DNA of 64,000 bases from Candidatus Latescibacterota bacterium (GTDB taxonomy: Bacteria > Latescibacterota > UBA2968 > UBA8231): positions 2,912,001 to 2,976,000 of the forward strand of contig OZ242214.1 of assembly GCA_965206595.1 (NCBI GenBank), in the 5' to 3' direction. Shown here in pieces: positions 40,045 through 50,374 of the stretch. A program made the position numbers and the translations under genes. Below the pieces are notes generated by a model that saw only the letters and a list, made by a program, of their open reading frames with translations, was not told the DNA's origin and searched no databases. Position 1 is the stretch's first letter; each line of letters starts with the position of its first letter.

Positions 40045-42711
40045 TTACCAGTACTGGACTCCGAACCGTTCGTTCAGGTTGTCCAGCTCCCGGTTCGCCT
40101 CCACATGTGTAGGCCAAATCCGTTCCAGGCGTCGAAACTCAGGGGTGTGGCCTGCATGGAGGTGGACGTGGAGGAACTCGTGCCAAAGCAGGAACCGGAT
40201 CGTTTCCGAGGAGATGTCGGGACTGTTCAGCAGGCAGTTGATGCGGATTCGCGGAGGCCGCTCTGCATAGTAGGCTTTCCCGTACCATCCCTTCAGGATC
40301 CGACCCGTCCACCCAAGGACCCCGTGGTATTCCAGCTTGGGGAGATCCAGCAACTTGGCTCCTGCATGGCGAACCTCTGCCATCAGTACTTCAAGGTTGT
40401 GTGCAGGTCCTTGCGACAGCGTCTCTTCTTCACGAGGGTGAAAGACCGGAACCGCCTTGGCTCGCTGAGTTGCCTCCTCTGGGTGGTAGATTTCCCACTT
40501 GGCGTCGTCGATTGCCGCCTGATACTCCCGAGGACTTGGATAAATCGCTTTCGCCAGAGGGGAGTCAGCATAGGTACTCTCCACAAGCTGTCGAATACCG
40601 CTAGACCCAAGGTCTTCCTGGACGATGCGATGTGCGACTTCATGGGGGTCGCACTGCTTCCGGTTGCTCAAAGGATGGAATTCAGGAGCCGCTCCGCCTT
40701 GCACGAAATGCTCCACGATCATGCCGACGTGATGCTGCGATGGTGCAGGACTGTCGCAGTCTCCGAAGAACTCCTCGTAAAGCGTATCCCTATCCCCCGG
40801 TTCTGAGCCGGCATTCCGCGATTTCAAGCACGCGACAAGGGCGTCGTAGCATGGGCGCTGGTGTTCGTAGATCGCAATCGGAACGCGGATGCTCTCTCCC
40901 TCATCCTCCCGTTCGAGAAGAAACCAGCCATCAGGTACAGCCTCGAAGGCGTCTGCCTTGTGTTCCACCGAAAGGCGGCGCATCGTGGCTGCGACCGCCC
41001 GAATCGTCTCCCAGTGAAGGTGTTCGTACAGAGACTCCACATCGCGAATCGGGGCACTCTCGATATCCTCAGGTTTTGCGATGGCCTCGACATCGGGAAC
41101 GAGATCGAAGGGGCTATCCCAGTCCCTGAATCGATCCCATGCGTCTTCAAAGCTCACAAGGAACGCTTCCTGTGAACCGCCCATAGCGGGTCCACGAAGA
41201 GCACGCCCGATCATCTGCCGCATCAGGATCTCGCTACTCGTAGGCCTGGCCAGAAAGACCGTCTTTATCATTGGCAGATCGACGCCCTCCGTGATCATCT
41301 GGACGTTCACGAGCACGTCAAGGTCCCCATCCCGAAACCGCTGAATCACGCTGGAAGGTTCCCCGTCGCTTCCATCGGGTCGGTAGCTGGCGACGTAGTC
41401 CGCACGAACACCGACGGCCTTGAGCGCATCCGTGAGAAGGGCGGCGTGCCTGACGTTGATGGCAAATACGAGGGTCTGCCCGTATTTGTCGTGCCGTTGC
41501 AGATAGTGCTGCACGATAGTTCTGTTGCGCTCGGACAGGTGGGCAATGCGGTCGAGCCAAGGTTCGCTGAGTTCTCCGAAACGGTCATAATGGCGCCGGT
41601 CCTCGTCGGTCAGCCCTTCTTCGATCTTCGCATTGGTCCGCACCACAACCGGAATCGGGCGGGCGAGGATTCTTTTCTCCACGAGTTGGGGAAGATCGAC
41701 CTTGGCGATTACGTTGCCCCCAAACAGCCGGGTCAACAAGGGGCGTTCCTGCTCGAGGGTCCGCGTCGGCGTGGCGGTCAGGCCAAGAATGCGCCACTGT
41801 TTCTTCGCCTTGAACTCATCGATGATGTCCCTGTAGGATTTCGCCGGGGCATGGTGCGCCTCATCGATGACGATGAACAGTTTCGGGTCATCCAGCAGCT
41901 GACTTCTGACTTCCGGATTTCGCGCAAGGCTTGAAACCGAAGCGACGACGACATCGTCCGCGGGATCGATCTGCGTCGTGGCGCAGTGTTCCCCGGATAC
42001 GATCCGGACTCGCAGCTGTTCTTTCGTGGCCACGAGCCCCGAAAGACCGTGGAATTCCGCCGCTGCCTGTTCGAGAAGTTCGCTTCGATGTGCCATCCAC
42101 AGGACCCGAAGTCCCTCATCCAGAACCCGCCTGCACAGCCAGTGAACTGCAGTGAACGTCTTGCCGGATCCGGTGGGCATGACGAGCAAACCCTGAAAAA
42201 CGCCGGTGGTGTTGGACTCTGCGAGGGTCGTGTTCAGCTTGTCCCAAGCCTCGGTTTGGTAGGAGTGAGGGCGGGTCGGATTTTCCGGTTGGGCACCGGG
42301 GTTCAAGACGATAAAACGGCGTATGAAATTGAAATCAAATTCACCTTCGTCCTGCTTGTCCTGATCCCCATACCGGATCATCGCTTCGCACAGGTACTGA
42401 CGAAGGCGCTTCGAATTCCTGCACGCTGCGATGTAGCCCACGTACCCGCGTTGGGACCGAGGACGGCCCATGGGCCCGACGCCGATGTCCAGCAGTCGGT
42501 CCACAATTTCCTTTGCTCCGGGGTATTCCGGCAGCCAGACTCGTTGAAGAACCTCCTTGGTTTCCCCTACGAACTCCGGGGTAGGTCGCTTGACCCTCGT
42601 AGAGAGCCATTTCCTCGATTCCGCGGCCGGGCCGTCGAATCCGATCTCATTGGCCAAGTGGAGAACCGTTCGATCATTGAATGTGTCCCATGAAAAACGG
42701 TACGATGGCAT
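40045..42711 (-). CDS. SF2 (ResIII-like DEAH) helicase fused to a C-terminal HExxH zincin-like domain
   Basis: MPTGSGKT, DEAHH, GLTATP, TEGVDLP, QMIGRALR; C-terminal IRINCLLN..LWHEFLH...HTPEFRRLE. Confidence 0.88.
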   Translation of the reverse strand: MPSYRFSWDTFNDRTVLHLANEIGFDGPAAESRKWLSTRVKRPTPEFVGETKEVLQRVWLPEYPGAKEIVDRLLDIGVGPMGRPRSQRGYVGYIAACRNSKRLRQYLCEAMIRYGDQDKQDEGEFDFNFIRRFIVLNPGAQPENPTRPHSYQTEAWDKLNTTLAESNTTGVFQGLLVMPTGSGKTFTAVHWLCRRVLDEGLRVLWMAHRSELLEQAAAEFHGLSGLVATKEQLRVRIVSGEHCATTQIDPADDVVVASVSSLARNPEVRSQLLDDPKLFIVIDEAHHAPAKSYRDIIDEFKAKKQWRILGLTATPTRTLEQERPLLTRLFGGNVIAKVDLPQLVEKRILARPIPVVVRTNAKIEEGLTDEDRRHYDRFGELSEPWLDRIAHLSERNRTIVQHYLQRHDKYGQTLVFAINVRHAALLTDALKAVGVRADYVASYRPDGSDGEPSSVIQRFRDGDLDVLVNVQMITEGVDLPMIKTVFLARPTSSEILMRQMIGRALRGPAMGGSQEAFLVSFEDAWDRFRDWDSPFDLVPDVEAIAKPEDIESAPIRDVESLYEHLHWETIRAVAATMRRLSVEHKADAFEAVPDGWFLLEREDEGESIRVPIAIYEHQRPCYDALVACLKSRNAGSEPGDRDTLYEEFFGDCDSPAPSQHHVGMIVEHFVQGGAAPEFHPLSNRKQCDPHEVAHRIVQEDLGSSGIRQLVESTYADSPLAKAIYPSPREYQAAIDDAKWEIYHPEEATQRAKAVPVFHPREEETLSQGPAHNLEVLMAEVRHAGAKLLDLPKLEYHGVLGWTGRILKGWYGKAYYAERPPRIRINCLLNSPDISSETIRFLLWHEFLHVHLHAGHTPEFRRLERIWPTHVEANRELDNLNERFGVQYW

Positions 42712-42996
42712 CGCTAGTTTGCTCGCTCCTGTGTCGTTCGGCTTTTAGAAAAACAAGGGGTGGTTTTATCCCATCCCCGCTACCTTGACGAGCCTTCCGG
42801 CTTCGAAGATGGGCATGAATTTGGATCGACAGCGCGTGCGTTTCGGTTTACGGGGAATCTTCCCGCGGCCCGATGAAACCTTCAGGCGACTACGGGTTAT
42901 GGTTTGGTTCCAAGTGGACCACCCATGCAGGGTGTGATCCCCTGTGAGGTTCGGCAACGCCGTTCTCCGGTCATCCGCTTGGGCTTGCCGAGTTTT

Positions 42997-43150
42997 TCAA
43001 GTGGGTTTGAGGGTTTGCAGGTACTCCACGAGGCAATGAACCTCGGTCGAAGGGTCGTATCTTGCCGTCGCCTCGACATCTGACAGCGCGAGTCTCGCGT
43101 TGGACTTCGCGCTTTCCATCCGGTCTTCCAATTCTTGGAACACGCCTGTG
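42997..43150 (-). pseudogene. RloB-like C-terminal remnant
   Basis: AKSNARLA...DPSTEVHCLVEYL directly after the RloA-like ATPase stop; no start codon of its own. Confidence 0.6.
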
Positions 43151-44407
43151 TTACCCTCGGATGTAGGGAAGCGCTCCAAAGCGCCCGGCCAGATATGCCT
43201 TTTCCAGGTTGTCAAAACCCCTCCTTAGCCGGAAATCGCTGAGCGGAAAAAGGCTGGTCTCCAGGCGTTCATTGCGTTCACAGAACCAGATCTGATCTGA
43301 TCGAAACAAACCCTGATCGAGAATAGACGTATCGTGGGTCGAGAAAACGAGCTGTGCTCCGTGCGGATTCGCTTCCGGATCGTGGAAACGGTTGACCAGG
43401 AACCGGACAAGTTCCGGATGCAGATTGTCATGCAGTTCATCGAACACAATGACGTTGCCTTCAGCAAGGGAATCGAGCCAGGGGCCGGCGAGAGCGAACA
43501 TTTTTTGGGTTCCGTCCGACTCTTCATCAATATCCAGTTCCGCGGATTTACCACCTATTGGTTGATGCCTCAAGAAGACATCTACGGTCTTTTTTCTCGT
43601 GAGTTCTTTGGCGACATGCTCTTTCAATTCCTTGGGCATATCTGCGGGAAGCATATCCGGGGAGAAATCCTTTTCGACGATCCGCATGCCGGCAACCGCA
43701 AGATCGGCTGCCGCGAGAAACTCAACGACGCCGGCTTTGTCGTTGTTGTTACAGTATTCCAAGGAAAAACCGGGGTTCCATCCACCCACGTCGGCGATGT
43801 GGAGCCGCTTGCGGAACCAGTCGAAAAGGGGTTGCATCTGAGTGCTGTTGAGCGAAACAGCCGTCGACAAGAACAGTGCTTGGGGACGGGTTGCTCTTCT
43901 CCAGACCTCACGGTCCCCCGTGAGCTTCCCGCCGAGCTTCCAGGAGGGTTCACCGGACGTCTCGCTGCGGCTTCTCTCGAACCAGACCTGCATCCTTCCG
44001 CTCGGCCACGCATAAAGCCACTCGCCGGTCACCTCTTGGGGTGTGGCGGAAAAGCCGTATTGGTAGCGAACGCCATCCGCGATACACACTACCTCGAAAG
44101 ATGTCGGCCGGTCGTTGCATGCGGGATCGAATCGGAACGTCGTCACGGGGAGTCCTTCGAGACTGCCGGAGGCTCGGAGCACGATGTCGTGCATCGTCTG
44201 CAGGCCCCTGAGGAGATTGGTCTTGCCCGAGGCATTCGCACCGTAGATCGCCGCCGATCGCAGGAGCCGAATCGGTCGTGCGTCTTCGGAAAGATTGGGC
44301 ACGACCACGTTGGAGTCACCATGCTTCTTGTCGTTGCCGGCGACGAGGCTGAGACGTGCCTCTTCCTTGATCGATCTGAAATTGGTAACCGAAAATTCAA
44401 CAAGCAT
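43151..44407 (-). CDS. AAA_21 ATPase, RloA-like
   Basis: FSVTNFRSI, YGANASGKTN, ESDGTQK, FDELHDNLHP, QLVFSTHD, YLAGRFGALP. Confidence 0.9.
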   Translation of the reverse strand: MLVEFSVTNFRSIKEEARLSLVAGNDKKHGDSNVVVPNLSEDARPIRLLRSAAIYGANASGKTNLLRGLQTMHDIVLRASGSLEGLPVTTFRFDPACNDRPTSFEVVCIADGVRYQYGFSATPQEVTGEWLYAWPSGRMQVWFERSRSETSGEPSWKLGGKLTGDREVWRRATRPQALFLSTAVSLNSTQMQPLFDWFRKRLHIADVGGWNPGFSLEYCNNNDKAGVVEFLAAADLAVAGMRIVEKDFSPDMLPADMPKELKEHVAKELTRKKTVDVFLRHQPIGGKSAELDIDEESDGTQKMFALAGPWLDSLAEGNVIVFDELHDNLHPELVRFLVNRFHDPEANPHGAQLVFSTHDTSILDQGLFRSDQIWFCERNERLETSLFPLSDFRLRRGFDNLEKAYLAGRFGALPYIRG

Positions 44408-44640
44408 ATTTCTAAGGTTCCGCGAAATTACCTCACCGGAAGACGCGAATCGTCTTCGGGCACCAAGGTTTTCAAATCAGGCATAATAAGGCGCCATCTA
44501 TCGATATTCAAGGCGATAGGAACGTGCGAAAAGGTCACGCAAGGTCTCTGACGAGAATGTTTGCGGTTGCTCGAGGCGCGACGAAAAAACCCCCATCGGG
44601 CAGACCATTGCCGTCGGCGGCGGCTTCCCGGAGCCACCGC

Positions 44641-47600
44641 GTGACGATAAGTGCGGCGATCCTCCTTCTATGCGCCCCTCTGCTCGCCCCGGTCCCGGGA
44701 AGCGCCGTCGAGTTCTTCGTCGCACCGGACGGGGACGACGCCAACCCCGGCACCCGGAAGCGACCCTACGCCAGCCTCGAGCGCGCCCGCGACGCCGTGC
44801 GCGCTTCCGCAGCGGGCGATACCGGAAGCGCAGGCGCTGCTGTCTGGATCCGGGGAGGCCGTTACTTCAGAGACGCCGAGTTCCGCCTCGGCCCCGAGGA
44901 TTCCGGCAGCGAGGGAGCGCCGGTTGCGTACAAGGCCTTCGACGGCGAGATCCCCCGCTTCATCGGCGGGACCGCCATCGACGCGGACTGCTTCACCCGA
45001 ACGGGGGCGGACTCCCCCGTCTGGCACCGGGTCGATGCGGCGGCCCGGGGAAACCTCGTCGAATGCGACCTTCCCGCCCTCGGCATCGCCGACTTCGGCG
45101 ACCTCACCAGCGCGCACTACCGGCCGATCCACTCCGAGCTGAGCTTCAACGGCGAGATCCTTCCCCTGGGCCGCTGGCCGAACGAGGACTTCGCCCTGAT
45201 CTACCGGGCCCTCAGCGAGACGACCTTCGTGTACGACCACGACCGCCCGGACCGCTGGACCGAAGCCACCGCCCCCTGGGTCAACGGGTACTGGCGCTAC
45301 CTGTGGGCGAACAAGTACCTGCCGGTCACCGCCATCGACACGGTCGCCAACGTCTTCACCATCGCCGATCCCCCGGGGTACCCGATCGCGACCGGCCGCT
45401 TCTGGTACGGCCTCAATCTCCTCGAGGAGATCGACGGGCCCGGGGAGTGGTACCTCGAACGGGACCCGGATGCGCCCGAAGGGACCTACGGCAAGCTCTA
45501 TCTCTGGCCGCCGGACAAGCTGGATACCGCCGAGATCATACTGTCCCTGCACGGCGGCGACGGCTCGGCCCTCGTCCGTCTCGACAGCGTCCGCCATGTC
45601 CGCTTCGAGGGATTGACCTTCGAGCTGACCCGCGGGGACGGGATCGCCATCGAGAACTCGCGGGACGTGGCGATCGACCGCTGCGTTCTGCGCAACATCG
45701 GCGGCCAGGGGATCACGACCGACAGCTGCACCCGCGTCGGCGTGCTCGACAGCGAGCTTTACGGCATCGGCTCCGAGGCGGTGCGCCTTTCGGGAGGTGA
45801 CCGCCGCACCCTGATGCCGGGGGGCAACTATGTGCGCAATTGCCACATCCACCACTTCGGCCGCTGGAAGCGCACCTACTCGCAGGCGGTCCGGTTTGAC
45901 AAGGGAGTCGGCAACGAGGCGACCCACAACCTCATCCACGGCACCCCCCACATCGCCATCCAGTACAGCGGCAACGAGCACCTGATCCAGTACAACGAGA
46001 TCTTCGATTCCTGTTGGGAGACCGGCGACGCCGGCGTCATCATGGGGGACTGGGGATGGGACAGCCGCGGCAACCGCATCGTCGGCAACTACCTCCACGA
46101 CAACGTCAGCCGCGTCCCGGGCCGCGGAGGCTTCAACGCCGTGTACCTCGACGGGTCCTGCGCCGGCGACACCATCGCCGGCAACATCATCTACGACTCC
46201 GGCGAGTTCGGGGTCATGCACAACAGCGGCCGCGAGGTCGTGATCGACAACAACATCTTCGTCGGCGGCAAAGCGGCCATCCACGCGACGGCGCATGGGT
46301 GGTACGACACGACCGAAGGCCACGCGATGAACTTCCTCGAGCGCATCCAGAAATTCGACTACCGCAATCCACCCTGGAGCCGGGCCTACCCGGCGCTCGC
46401 CGCCACCCCGGACGACCGCCGCCACCCGGACTTCGAGCGGTTCAAGCTCCCGATCGGCAGCGTGCTGGTGCGCAACGTCGGGTGGCGCAACCGCTACTGG
46501 CTCGACCCGCGCCGCCTCGAGGCGTACGACCACTACGAGCGCATCGCCGACAACATCGACGGAGAAGACCCCCGGTTCCTCGACGAGGCGGGGCGCCAGC
46601 TCGCGATTCGCGACGATTCGCCGGCGTGGGAAATCCCCGGTTTCCGGCGTATCCCCTTCGAAAAGATGGGCCGCCTCAAGCCGGGCAAGGCCTCCCGCCC
46701 GCATCCCCCGCACGGACACGACTACCCTCTGCCGGCGGACGGTGGCGTAGTGCTGCGCTGGGCTCCCGCCCTCGACGGAGTCGCCCGCGATCTCTACCTG
46801 GGCGAAGATCCCGGCGACCTCGGGGGCAAGCCCGCGGCGAGCCGGCTGGGAAGCGAGGAGTTCGCCGCGGCCAACCTGAAACCGGGGAAGCGCTACTTCT
46901 GGCGCGTCGACGAGCGCGGGGCCGGCGGTGAGGTCCTTGCCCGCGGCGAGGTCTGGAGCTTCACAGTCGGGCTGGGCCCGGATGTCCCGGCCGGGGGCGC
47001 TCGACACCACCCGTCTCACCGCCGAGGTCGACGGCGGGATGGTGCGCGGCGAGGTTGAAGACGGGGTGGCCGTGTACCGGTTCGATGACCTCGAGATCCC
47101 CCCCGGGACGACCGTGGCCGCCACCGGGCAGCGGCCGCTCGAGCTGAGAAGCGCGCGCGATATCGCGGTCCGCGGCGTCATCGACGTTTCCGGTGAGGAC
47201 GGCGGGGACGGTTTCGCCGGCCTGGCTCGCGGAGGCCAAGGCCGGCTGGGAGGTTTCGATGGAGGAGACGCGGGCGCGACCGATTCCACCGGCAGCGTGG
47301 GAATGGGGCCGGGGGCGGGAGGTGCGAGCACCAGCATCTTCCTTGCCGGTGGAGGGGGCGGGTTCGGCGGCCGCGGAGGGGACGCGACAATCGAGCTGGA
47401 ACAGACCGTGAAGGCGGGACGCACCGTCACCGCAAGTGAAGCAGCTGCCGGGGGCTCCGTGTACGGTCAGGCCGACGGGGAAGGCACCCTGTCAGGGGGC
47501 AGCGGGGGCGGAGGAGGCGGAGGGGGTACCACTGCGGGGGCCTCAGGCCCGGGGGGCGCCGGGGGTGCCGGGGGCGGTGCCGTCAGGTTGCGGGCTGGCG

Positions 47601-47995
47601 GAAACATACTGGTCACCGGATCCATCCTCGCCGACGGGGGCGGCGGCAGCGGCTTTCGCCGCACCGGAGGGGGCGGCAGCGGGGGCATGATCGCGCTGCG
47701 GGCGGACGGCGCCGTCGCGATCGAAGCCGGAGCCCTGCTCAGCGCCCGCGGCGGGAAGGGGGGAAACTCCGCCTGGATGGGGGCCAACGGCGGAGGCGGC
47801 GGGGGCGGCCGGATCGCCATTGCCGCGAAGGCCCTGACGATCGGAGGCGTTCCGCACCAGTCCGGGCAGGTCGCCGACGTTTCCGAGCTGGTGGTTTCCG
47901 GAGGCCGCGGGGGCTACTACGCCGTGGACGCGGTCAACAACGCCCCTGCGGGCGAAAGCGGCACCGTTTTCTTTGTCGCCCGCGGCGGGCAATGA
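44641..47995 (+). CDS. Secreted right-handed beta-helix glycan-active protein (GH141/pectin-lyase-like) with Gly-rich C-terminal domain; single +1 frameshift at a G5 run (46993-46997)
   Basis: Signal peptide, FFVAPDGDDANPGT, beta-helix repeats; removing one G joins ORF 44524-47058 to ORF 46928-47995. Confidence 0.75.
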
Positions 47996-48264
47996 AACCG
48001 GATTCGAGACTATAACCGGGAGCAAGCCATCCCTCTTTCGTTTGTTTATGGCTCGCTCACAGGCTGCCCTACCCCTTCATGCCTTCATGCCCGATGCACT
48101 ACGGGGCTTGGACATCGCCACCGGAGCCCCGTCCAGGCCGTGCCCGGACTGCGATGCGAGAAACCCTGGCGAGAACGAAAACCCTGCTCACCGCAAGGAG
48201 AACGGACACATGAGATTGGGCGTGGCTTTCTGGGACGGAGTCTCTCTCGACGATCCGCAACAGA

Positions 48265-48367
48265 CCCGGACGACCTCATCGGCGCCGCCCTGTTCCTGGC
48301 GAGCCCGGCTTCGGATTTCATCACCGGGCAGACGATCGTCGTCGACGGCGGCTATTCCGTGCAGTAG
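48265..48367 (+). pseudogene. SDR oxidoreductase C-terminal remnant
   Basis: PDDLIGAALFLASPASDFITGQTIVVDGG with no upstream domain. Confidence 0.7.
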
Positions 48368-48396
48368 CAGGAAGGGTACCGCGTTCCCTATAACAT

Positions 48397-49182
48397 TTAC
48401 CACGACAGGGCCTCCGGCACGTTCGCAAACAGGTTTTTCAGGCTGGGCAGCTTATACTGACGCTTCATTTCTCTCCATACGGTGGGATGAGGACGGGAGA
48501 GAAATCTCGACTTGAAAACCTTTAGGTCGGTAGGGCTGGCGCCGCCATTCCGGATCTGTTGGTACTCGACCAAACGGGCCCGATTATCGTCAAAAGTCAA
48601 AGACATTACGGCGAGCAGCAGCAAGGGCTTCCCGATTTAGTTTCAGGAGGTCTATCGTGTATCCTGCCCGCTCCCGCTCGGGGAACGACAAGCCATACTT
48701 CGGTTGGAACCGGAAGGTATCCACCATCTCAAGTTCCAGGAATTCCAAGGGGTCTTCATATCGCGGGTCGATTAGCGCCGGGTCACCGGACGGTGGCGGA
48801 ACAATGGATTGGTTTGAGCGGCGGGTTACGTCGATCACATTCTGATTACTCAAGATCGCGAATCGATCACCCTTGCCGTTGTTGCACACGCCACAGGCCG
48901 GAACGATAGTTCTCCCAAACAAAGGTGCGCTCCGGATAGAGAGCCTTCGGCCTGATGTGGTCGATGTTGATTTGCCTCGGAGTCTTCGCACCAGCCGCAG
49001 CGATCCGGAGAAGCGCACATCTGGCGTAATCGCCTTCGAACTACTCGAAATGTGGCGTTCTGGGTCCGGCTCGCGAAAAGCCTGCGGGCCGCAGCGACCT
49101 GATCCCCGTAGTTGCCGGCGGAGTCAACTTCCGCTTGGTATCCCCAGCGTGCGGGTAGTGCTGGCGTCGATACCTGGATCAC
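48397..49182 (-). pseudogene. HNH endonuclease (Septu PtuB-like), multiple frameshifts
   Basis: RCGWCED..DHIRPK..WENY..ACGVCNNGK..LIDPRYEDP spread across several frames. Confidence 0.8.
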
Positions 49183-49201
49183 ATAGTCTGAGCACCGTGC
49201 C

Positions 49202-50035
49202 TCAACCGCGCGTCGTTCCGGTTGGCGAGCTGGGCATGGCGCTTCGCAGCGAGCGCACTTCCTCTTCCTCTTCCGGCGTGAGCTCTTCGTGCAACTGCTT
49301 CTGGCTGAGCTCTGCCAGCCGCTCGACTTTCTTCTCGGACTGGCGGGACCGGGTGATGTCGTCGCCGAACAAATTGGTGGAATAGGCATCCAGTATGTTG
49401 CCATCCACCAGCCGGTCGTACTCCGGGACCGTCGCACGGCGAAATGTTTCGCTTGAACCCGGTGGAGGCAGTTTCCAGACGCTTGTGGCGGCACGACAGA
49501 TAATGGGGCTGTGCGTTGTCACGAAGAACTGTGTCTCCGGGAATCGCCGAACAAACCACTCACCGATTCGTTGCTGCCATTGCGGGTGCAAATGGGCGTC
49601 CACTTCATCTATTGCCACGACGCCGGGAAGATCTATTGTGCCGTCCCTTTCGCCCGGAGTGAGACGAGTAGAGGAGATATGGGACATCAGCCGCAGCAGT
49701 TCCAAAGTCATGCTGAGGATCGAACGGTAACCATCGCTCATTTCTTCAATCGCCACTCGGGCGCCCTGGCCGTCAACCATGGTCACTTGCGTGGAAGTCA
49801 CTTCCGCACTGCCCTTCTGCTCACCTTCCCGCAGCCAATTCGACCAGTCTTGCCGGGATGCATGGGCATTAGCGGCTCCCATCAGAACGGTCGCAAGAGC
49901 CCGAACCAAGGTCGACTTGCCTGAGCCGTTCTCGCCGAGCAGCACATGCCATCCCGGACATTCTTCCTCCTTGAGGCTCAGTTCGAACTCCGAGATGGAA
50001 CGGATATTCCGGATGGTCAGTCGTCGGATGTACAT
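49202..50035 (-). CDS. ABC/AAA ATPase (Septu PtuA-like), apparently internally deleted
   Basis: GENGSGKST, MSDGYRS, IDEVDAHLHPQWQ, VTTHSP; spacing from Walker A to the signature is unusually short. Confidence 0.75.
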   Translation of the reverse strand: MYIRRLTIRNIRSISEFELSLKEEECPGWHVLLGENGSGKSTLVRALATVLMGAANAHASRQDWSNWLREGEQKGSAEVTSTQVTMVDGQGARVAIEEMSDGYRSILSMTLELLRLMSHISSTRLTPGERDGTIDLPGVVAIDEVDAHLHPQWQQRIGEWFVRRFPETQFFVTTHSPIICRAATSVWKLPPPGSSETFRRATVPEYDRLVDGNILDAYSTNLFGDDITRSRQSEKKVERLAELSQKQLHEELTPEEEEEVRSLRSAMPSSPTGTTRG

Positions 50036-50374
50036 GGGATGTTTTTGAACAACGCGTTCGAGTTCATCTTGGGGGCAAGCAGTCTTGCCGGAAAACGGCG
50101 TAAAAAAGCATTCTTTTTCCGATACTCTGTCAAGGCGCATGGCGCACCCAGGAGTTACTGACAACCCTGTGCTTCTTCCAGGTACGCCGTGGCTCCCCTA
50201 TTCCCTTTCCAACACCGCCGACAGCAACGCTTTCTCAGCCTTCACTTCCCCAAGCAGGGGTTCTCTTTCCCCCATGCCCGGCATTCCTCGACAGCTCGTG
50301 AAACACCGTCAGCCTATGCGGAGGAGAGCGCCGGAGAGACCACATGCTGACCATACCAATCGCAAGATTACGGT

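Noticed and set aside
48397-50035. Retron-associated PtuAB
   Set aside because: No reverse transcriptase or msr/msd seen nearby; treated as a decayed Septu-like pair
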